Assembly (NCBI GenBank): GCA_038065315.1 | Contig: JBBTRF010000001.1 | Location: forward strand, 161,642 to 225,641 | Reading direction: 5' to 3' | From: Patescibacteria group bacterium | Lineage (GTDB): Bacteria; Patescibacteriota; Minisyncoccia; Phycocordibacterales; JBBTRF01 | Length of the DNA stretch: 64,000 nt | In this document: piece after piece, positions 58,411 to 64,000 of the stretch | Layout: each line of letters starts with the position of its first letter | How positions within the stretch are numbered: the stretch's first letter is position 1 | The notes under the pieces: model-generated | The model's database searches: none | What the model saw: only the letters and a program-made list of their open reading frames with translations | Told to the model about the DNA's origin: nothing | Made by a program: the position numbers and the translations under genes

Positions 58411-59355
58411 TCACAGCGACCGCTGCAACTTTCGATCGGCACTCGGAATTCCTTTTTTGCTGTCCCAAGCGAGTCCAGAGAGCTCCATCAGCCTGATGAA
58501 GACGTAGCTCGCGTCGAGCCAAGGATAGTCCATGCCATGCAGCGACGAGTTCGGGAAGCCGTGGTGGTAGTTGTGCCAACCCTCGCCAAGAGCGAGGAAA
58601 CCGATCAGCCAGCTATTCTGGGACCGATCGCTGGTATTCACCGCGCGACTACCCCATAAATGGCAGTAGCTATTCACCATCGAGGTGACATGCTGATGAA
58701 TGAACAATCGGATCGCACCACCCCACAAAAAGCCGAGCAGCGCCCCTTTCCACGTGCCCTCGTGCCAAAAGCCGAGGCCGGCGGGAATGAGGAGACCGAG
58801 CAGAATCCACAGGGCGATGTGTCGATCCACGAAGGACACGACCGGATCAGCCGTGAGGCGCTTGAAGGCAGCGTTCTGCGGGATCGGAAGCCCTTTCAAC
58901 ATCCAGCCGAATTGTGCGTGCCAAAAGCCCTTCCACAGATTGACGAAGGAGATCTTGGTCAGCTTCCCTTCTGGATCGAGGCAATATTTCCATGGGGAAT
59001 GCGGATCGCCATCTTCGTCGCTGTGCGCGTGATGATGTTGGTGTATCGAACACCAGGTGACAATCTGCCCTTGAGCAGCCATCGCACCGGTGATACCGCC
59101 AAAGTATTTCATAAAGCGCTGCACTTCAAACGAAGCGTGCGTGAAATAGCGGTGATACCAGACAGTGGTGCCGAGACCGGTCACCACGTAACAGCCGAGA
59201 AAGAGCCAAGCGTAGAACCAGTCGAAGCTGCCTTGCCAGACCTGAAAGGCGATAGCGCCGAGTAGACCGATGAATGGCGCCAACCAAAAGACGATAATCG
59301 TGGCTTTGTCGGCGCTTTTGTAGACGGGCGGAGTGGTCGAGATTTCAGTGTTCAT
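58411..59355 (-). CDS. Delta-9-type acyl-CoA/acyl-lipid fatty acid desaturase
   Basis: His boxes HRYFTH, HQHHH..SD...DPHSP, GEGWHNYHH; NSYCH.WG. Confidence 0.92.
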   Translation of the reverse strand: MNTEISTTPPVYKSADKATIIVFWLAPFIGLLGAIAFQVWQGSFDWFYAWLFLGCYVVTGLGTTVWYHRYFTHASFEVQRFMKYFGGITGAMAAQGQIVTWCSIHQHHHAHSDEDGDPHSPWKYCLDPEGKLTKISFVNLWKGFWHAQFGWMLKGLPIPQNAAFKRLTADPVVSFVDRHIALWILLGLLIPAGLGFWHEGTWKGALLGFLWGGAIRLFIHQHVTSMVNSYCHLWGSRAVNTSDRSQNSWLIGFLALGEGWHNYHHGFPNSSLHGMDYPWLDASYVFIRLMELSGLAWDSKKGIPSADRKLQRSL

Positions 59356-59462
59356 AGGTGGAAAAGGGCAAAACCGGTGTCGATTATAGCACGCAGTTGA
59401 CGAAAATCCCGAAAGTTGTAGCATTATCAGCAGTCGGTCAACCCTTAACCTTGGAGGTTCAA

Positions 59463-59774
59463 ATGAAGTTCATTAAATCGGCCAGTGCGCCCCTTCGTCA
59501 CCTGTGGAATGGAGTCGAGGTCTTCGGTGGCCTCGTAATCTGGTTGGTAATCGTGGCCGTGGTGAGCGCAATTTTCTCCTGCGTCATCGGCGGCCTTACC
59601 GCCATCGCAATGCTCTTCCTGCCCCACCTCTTGTCGGGCACGACCGTGCTGATCGTCGCCAAGTGGACATTCGGCATCGTCGCGGTCGTCTGCGCAATCG
59701 TCACCGCATACCTCGATTGGATCAGTGAGGACATGGAGAGACCAGAAGAACGCTTGGAGGGTGGCTTTCTGTGA
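59463..59774 (+). CDS. Small membrane protein
   Basis: GGAGG SD before ATG 59463; TTGACG..TAGCAT promoter; terminator at ~59807-59846. Confidence 0.6.
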   Translation: MKFIKSASAPLRHLWNGVEVFGGLVIWLVIVAVVSAIFSCVIGGLTAIAMLFLPHLLSGTTVLIVAKWTFGIVAVVCAIVTAYLDWISEDMERPEERLEGGFL

Positions 59775-59879
59775 CGCATCGGATCAACTCTAGTTCTGGA
59801 ACACCCAGTCGGCACTCGTCCTCGACGACTGCCGTTTTTTATTTTCTCCGCGTCGCGTATTCGCGCCGTTCGCGCACTC

Positions 59880-62657
59880 TTACTTATTCAACATCTTCTT
59901 CAAATACTTGCCTGTGTACGACTTCGCGTTATTCGCCACTTCTTCGGGAGTACCTTTGGCGACAAGCTTGCCGCCGCCAGAGCCGCCTTCAGGGCCGATG
60001 TCGATGACGTAGTCGGAAGATTTAATAATATCGAGATTGTGTTCGATGACCATGACGGTGTTCCCTTTCACGACGAGCTTCTGAAGAATCTCGATGAGCT
60101 TCTTCACATCTTCGTAGTGCAGACCGATGGACGGTTCGTCGAGCAAGTAAATAGTCTTCTGCATGTGCGGACGATAGAGCTCGGAAGAAATCTTCACGCG
60201 CTGCGCTTCACCGCCGGAAAGAGTGGTGGCCGATTGACCGAGCTGGAGATATCCGAGCCCCACTTCTTGCAACGTTTCGAGACGATCCGCGATCGAAGGG
60301 ATGTCGTGAAAAAACTCTAGAGCCTCGTCGATAGTCATAGTGAGCACGTCGTAGATCGACTTCTTTTTGTATTTGACCTCGAGGGTTTCTTTCATGAAAC
60401 GCTTGCCGTTGCAGACATCGCAGGGGACGTAGACGGTCGGGAGGAAGTGCATTTCCACGGCGATTTCGCCGTTGCCCTGACAGACTTCGCAGCGACCGCC
60501 CTTCACGTTGAAAGAAAAACGGTTGGCTTTCCAGCCGCGAGCACGGGCTTCCGTGCTCGCGGCGAAAAGGTCGCGGATGAAAGTGAAGGCGCCGGTGTAC
60601 GTCGCAGGATTCGAACGCGGGGTGCGACCGATTGGCGATTGGTCGATGAGAATGGTGCGGCCGATATATTCAGTGCCGGTGAAGGACGAGCAATTGTATG
60701 TTTCGTTGCTGCGGTACTTTCGCTCAAAACGCGCCTGGAGATTTTTGTGGATGACCTCATACATGAGTGACGACTTTCCGGAACCCGACACGCCAGTCAC
60801 CGTCACCAATCGGCTGAGTGGCACATCCACGTCCATACCTTTGATATTGAAAATGTTCGCATTGCGGATCTTCAGCATGCCCTTGTCCTGGGTACGCCGT
60901 TCTTCAGGAATCTCAATCGCCACGTCGCCACGGAGATAATCGAGGGTCACCGAGCCGCTCGTATTTTTCTTCGCAGTGAGAAGCTCGTCGAGATATCCCG
61001 ACACCACGACTTCGCCGCCATGCACGCCAGCCTTTGGCCCGATGTCCACAATGTAATCGGAGGAATAAATCGTGTCTTCGTCATGCTCCACCACGATGAT
61101 AGTGTTGCCGATATCGCGCAGATGGAGCAGGGTTTTGATGAGGCGATCGTTGTCACGTGAATGCAAACCAATGGTCGGCTCGTCGAGCACGTACATAGCG
61201 CCGACCAGACCGGAACCCAGCTGCGACGCGAGACGAATACGCTGCGCCTCACCACCAGACAGCGTATGGGCGCGTCGGTCGAGCGAAAGATATTCGATAC
61301 CCACGTTGATCATAAATTGCAGACGCGCGTCGATCTCCTTCACGATCACTTTGCAAATGCTTTTTTCATTTGCCGTGAGAGTCTTGGTGAATCGTCTGAA
61401 AAAGAGGTCGCAATCGGTGATCGACATTGCGACGATATCGACGATGTTTTTGCCACCGTGTCGCACGCCATTTTTGTCGAGTTCCCCGCCGAGCAAAATA
61501 TGCAAAGCCTCTTCGCGCAGACGCGCGCCGTTGCACTTGGTACAGGTCTCTTCACCGAAAAATTCCTTGGTGCCGAGGCCGTTACATTCCGGACACGCGC
61601 CATATGGCGAGTTGAAAGAAAACATGCGTGGCTCGATCTCGGGATATGAGAAGCCGTCGTATGGACAGAGGAATTTCGCCGAGATGAGGCGCTCTTCGAT
61701 ACCGTCCTGGAGGATAACAGTGCCCGATGGTCCACGCTCACCTGCCTTCGCCTCAGGGTTTGGCAGCTCGATTTTAAGCAGGCCATTGGCTTCTGCAAGT
61801 GCACGCTCAACAGACTCTGAAAGGCGCTCGTGCCAGATCTCTTTCACCTCCCCCTTTTCAGTTTTGCCTGTTGATTTCCCAAATTCGCTCACGAAAAATT
61901 CGTCGACAAGGACGTCGATATCGTGCTTCTTGTTTTTATCGAGGACGATCTGCTCGCGGAGTTTTTTGACGACACCGTCGATCTTCACCTCGCTGTACCC
62001 TTTGCCGAGGAGATCGTAGAGCATCTGATAATATTCGCCCTTGCGACCGACGACGACGGGCGCGTAGATTTTCACTTTCAGATTATTCACGGCCACGCCC
62101 ATCACTTTTTTGGTCGCCTTGGAGAGGTCGACAGTCTCGACATGTTCGACGATGGTCTTCACGATCTCTTCATGCGATAGCTTTTTGATCTCACGGCTGC
62201 ATTCCGGGCAGTGCGGCTTGCCGATACGTGCGTACAAGATACGGAGATAGTCGTAGATTTCGGTGATAGTGGCCACGGTCGAGCGCGGATTGTTCGAGCG
62301 TGACTTTTGGTCAATAGAAATGGCTGGCGAAAGACCAACGATCTCGTCGACATCGGGCTTCTGCATGGTGTGGAGAAATTGACGGGCGTATGCGGAGAGC
62401 GACTCAACATAGCGGCGCTGTCCTTCGGCGAAAATAGTATCGAATGCGAGCGATGATTTTCCCGAGCCAGAGAGACCGGTAAAAACAACCATTTTGTTGC
62501 GTGGCATCTCTACCGTGATATTTTTCAGATTGTGAGTACGCGCGCCCTTCACGATGATCGCGAGATCACCGCGGGAAGTGGTTGGAGATGCCGGAAGCGG
62601 CACGTGAGTGAGGCCCTTGGCGCCTTTCCCTGCCTCAATTTTTTCGTCTTTTTTCAT
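59880..62657 (-). CDS. uvrA: Excinuclease UvrA
   Basis: Two GxSGSGKSS Walker A motifs, LSGGE x2, zinc fingers; start near MKKDEK. Confidence 0.97.
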   Translation of the reverse strand: MKKDEKIEAGKGAKGLTHVPLPASPTTSRGDLAIIVKGARTHNLKNITVEMPRNKMVVFTGLSGSGKSSLAFDTIFAEGQRRYVESLSAYARQFLHTMQKPDVDEIVGLSPAISIDQKSRSNNPRSTVATITEIYDYLRILYARIGKPHCPECSREIKKLSHEEIVKTIVEHVETVDLSKATKKVMGVAVNNLKVKIYAPVVVGRKGEYYQMLYDLLGKGYSEVKIDGVVKKLREQIVLDKNKKHDIDVLVDEFFVSEFGKSTGKTEKGEVKEIWHERLSESVERALAEANGLLKIELPNPEAKAGERGPSGTVILQDGIEERLISAKFLCPYDGFSYPEIEPRMFSFNSPYGACPECNGLGTKEFFGEETCTKCNGARLREEALHILLGGELDKNGVRHGGKNIVDIVAMSITDCDLFFRRFTKTLTANEKSICKVIVKEIDARLQFMINVGIEYLSLDRRAHTLSGGEAQRIRLASQLGSGLVGAMYVLDEPTIGLHSRDNDRLIKTLLHLRDIGNTIIVVEHDEDTIYSSDYIVDIGPKAGVHGGEVVVSGYLDELLTAKKNTSGSVTLDYLRGDVAIEIPEERRTQDKGMLKIRNANIFNIKGMDVDVPLSRLVTVTGVSGSGKSSLMYEVIHKNLQARFERKYRSNETYNCSSFTGTEYIGRTILIDQSPIGRTPRSNPATYTGAFTFIRDLFAASTEARARGWKANRFSFNVKGGRCEVCQGNGEIAVEMHFLPTVYVPCDVCNGKRFMKETLEVKYKKKSIYDVLTMTIDEALEFFHDIPSIADRLETLQEVGLGYLQLGQSATTLSGGEAQRVKISSELYRPHMQKTIYLLDEPSIGLHYEDVKKLIEILQKLVVKGNTVMVIEHNLDIIKSSDYVIDIGPEGGSGGGKLVAKGTPEEVANNAKSYTGKYLKKMLNK

Positions 62658-62799
62658 ATAAACGTATGCGCCAATTGCCCCGTGGTCTGGCCATGGGGGT
62701 TGGTACGACCGCCACACTATATCACGCAGGCAGGCGCGGTGGCAAGAAATGTGAGAATAGGTGCGCAAAGAGAGCCCCAAAGAAGCGACGGCGAGGGTG

Positions 62800-62910
62800 G
62801 GTGGCGAAGCAAAAAAGAGTAGGGCGGATTTTTCATACTTTTTCATACATCTTCATACAAAGTATGAAAAATCCGCAGGTACTCGAAATTGGCGGCGGAC
62901 ACCTCCCCTC
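62800..62910 (+). repeat. Palindromic intergenic repeat, copy 3
   Basis: GTGGCGAAGCAAAAAAGAGTA..CGGATTTTTCATAC(x3)..GTATGAAAAATCCGCAGGTACTC..CGGACACC. Confidence 0.85.
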
Positions 62911-62945
62911 AGCCTGCCTTCGGTCAATTCGGACACTGCCGACCC

Positions 62946-63266
62946 CTACTTGATCGCCCCTTCGGCGATGAGCAGCGCCACTTTCCTTTCGTGGCCGCGG
63001 TTGTAGTGGCCGAGCTTGCGGGCGATCACTTTCGAATCAGCGGAAACGAGTTTGTTGGTGCCCAGCACAAATGCCGAGCTCGGCACGACACGATGACACG
63101 GAATTGCCGGATCATAATTGCGCTTCATGATGCTGCCGACAGCGCGAGCGGCATTCGGCTTCCCCGCCTTGCGCGCGACCATTTGATACGAGAGGATCCG
63201 ACCCTTTGGGATGGCTCGAACGACTTTTAAAACTTTTTTGCTAAAACTAGAGACCATTTGCACCAC
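62946..63266 (-). CDS. Minimal O6-alkylguanine alkyltransferase (MGMT/Ogt C-terminal domain)
   Basis: IP.G...SY..VA...G.P.AARAVG, IPCHRVV, LL..EG. Confidence 0.88.
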   Translation of the reverse strand: MVQMVSSFSKKVLKVVRAIPKGRILSYQMVARKAGKPNAARAVGSIMKRNYDPAIPCHRVVPSSAFVLGTNKLVSADSKVIARKLGHYNRGHERKVALLIAEGAIK

Positions 63267-64000
63267 GAGTACTGATACCGAGAATCGAAGTCTTCACCAC
63301 ATTGGCAATTTTTCGAGCGTCCTCGATCGAAAGACCTTGGATAGTGATCCCCATCGGTGCAGTTTCTTGGCCTTTGGAATTCGCGATCACGACTTGAGTC
63401 GCATCGAGGATCGTCACGTTGGCAAGACCGAATATACGATTGATGATGCCCTGACTCACGCTCACATCCTGCACCGACGTATACGGCATGTGTCGTTCAT
63501 TCAGACTAAAGACGCCGTCCTTGTAGTAAATATAGTCTTCCAAAAAATCAAACCGATAATTGCCTTTCCAAATAGCCAACGTGATGAGACGCCAGATAGT
63601 GAGGACAACAAAAATGCCGATGCCGAGATACAGGTTCACCACGGTCAATTCCGTGTTCTTTCCGCCCCACCACAATCCGAAAATCACCGACATGAAGATG
63701 TTGCTGAGCACGATGCCGAGCATCGATACCCAATACCACTTGGTCGTGAGAGGATACTGCTCATTCGAGATCTTTTCCGAGAGAGTTAGTTTTTTCGTAG
63801 CCGGCTGAGCCGCTGCTGCCATAGTGCCGGTCTGCGCCGTAGCTGAAGATGTGCTGCCGACAGCACCGCCACGAATAGAATTGAGTAAGAATGTTTTTAG
63901 ACCTTCTGCTGCTGCTTTTTCTACACCATCAATATGTGCCTCAATACCAGAAGAGACAGTCGCACTTGCAATATGCACATCATACAAACCAATGAAACGA
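63247..64000 (-). CDS. Membrane protein with (tandem) bacterial PH (bPH_2) domains, 5' end outside the window
   Basis: GVF...ER..PY..VQDV.V.QG...R.FGL; frame open to the window end (R.IGLYDVHIASA). Confidence 0.75.
   Translation of the reverse strand, partial: RFIGLYDVHIASATVSSGIEAHIDGVEKAAAEGLKTFLLNSIRGGAVGSTSSATAQTGTMAAAAQPATKKLTLSEKISNEQYPLTTKWYWVSMLGIVLSNIFMSVIFGLWWGGKNTELTVVNLYLGIGIFVVLTIWRLITLAIWKGNYRFDFLEDYIYYKDGVFSLNERHMPYTSVQDVSVSQGIINRIFGLANVTILDATQVVIANSKGQETAPMGITIQGLSIEDARKIANVVKTSILGISTRGANGL

Noticed and set aside
59809-59835. CIRCE-like GCACTC-N9-GACTGC
   Set aside because: It mismatches TTAGCACTC-N9-GAGTGCTAA, lies between convergent genes and is followed by a T-tract, so it is better explained as a terminator.
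62658-62846. N-terminal extension of UvrA in the ORF track (similar extensions for alaS, mltG, the histidine kinase, the NUDIX gene and the desaturase)
   Set aside because: The extensions run through repeats, promoters or neighbouring genes; downstream ATGs fit the family starts and -10 positions better.
1-64000. Alternative genetic code (TGA=Gly, code 25)
   Set aside because: Conserved genes translate full-length in code 11, and TGA ends genes at ATGA overlaps (2001, 2780, 29514).

Overview
The window looks like a chromosome segment of a Patescibacteria/CPR bacterium, probably Parcubacteria-like. This is an inference from gene content: shortened L13, AlaRS and UvrC, a NUDIX-inserted LeuRS, 'GWAWS..IGW' surface-protein repeats and mostly SD-less starts. 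Genetic code 11 fits. The backbone is mostly on the minus strand: grpE-(uORF)-dnaK, dnaJ, the infA-rpmJ-rpsM-rpsK-rpsD-rpoA-rplQ-rplM-rpsI operon, alaS, pepF, mnmA, mltG, leuS, ychF, zwf, a two-component pair, gmk, an ECF sigma module, ddl, uvrC and uvrA. Two AT-rich accessory regions interrupt it. The first (1-~4790) holds a PLP enzyme, HAD, Fe/2OG oxygenase and kinase cluster plus an acyltransferase. The second (~49560-55554) surrounds tRNA-Ala(TGC) and holds small membrane/exported genes and an RloA/RloB-like pair. The top lead is a 113-aa leader ORF directly upstream of dnaK that ends in an R-A-P motif, and whose last codons can base-pair with the dnaK initiation region. It is a candidate ribosome-arrest 'chaperone-monitoring' peptide. 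Other leads are a ~100-bp palindromic repeat present three times next to stress genes, the VioC/VioD/Vph-like mini-cluster, pervasive leaderless promoters, and a fatty-acid desaturase in a lineage thought to lack fatty-acid synthesis. No CRISPR array, rRNA, integrase or transposase was seen. All calls come from reading motifs by eye; no database searches were run.
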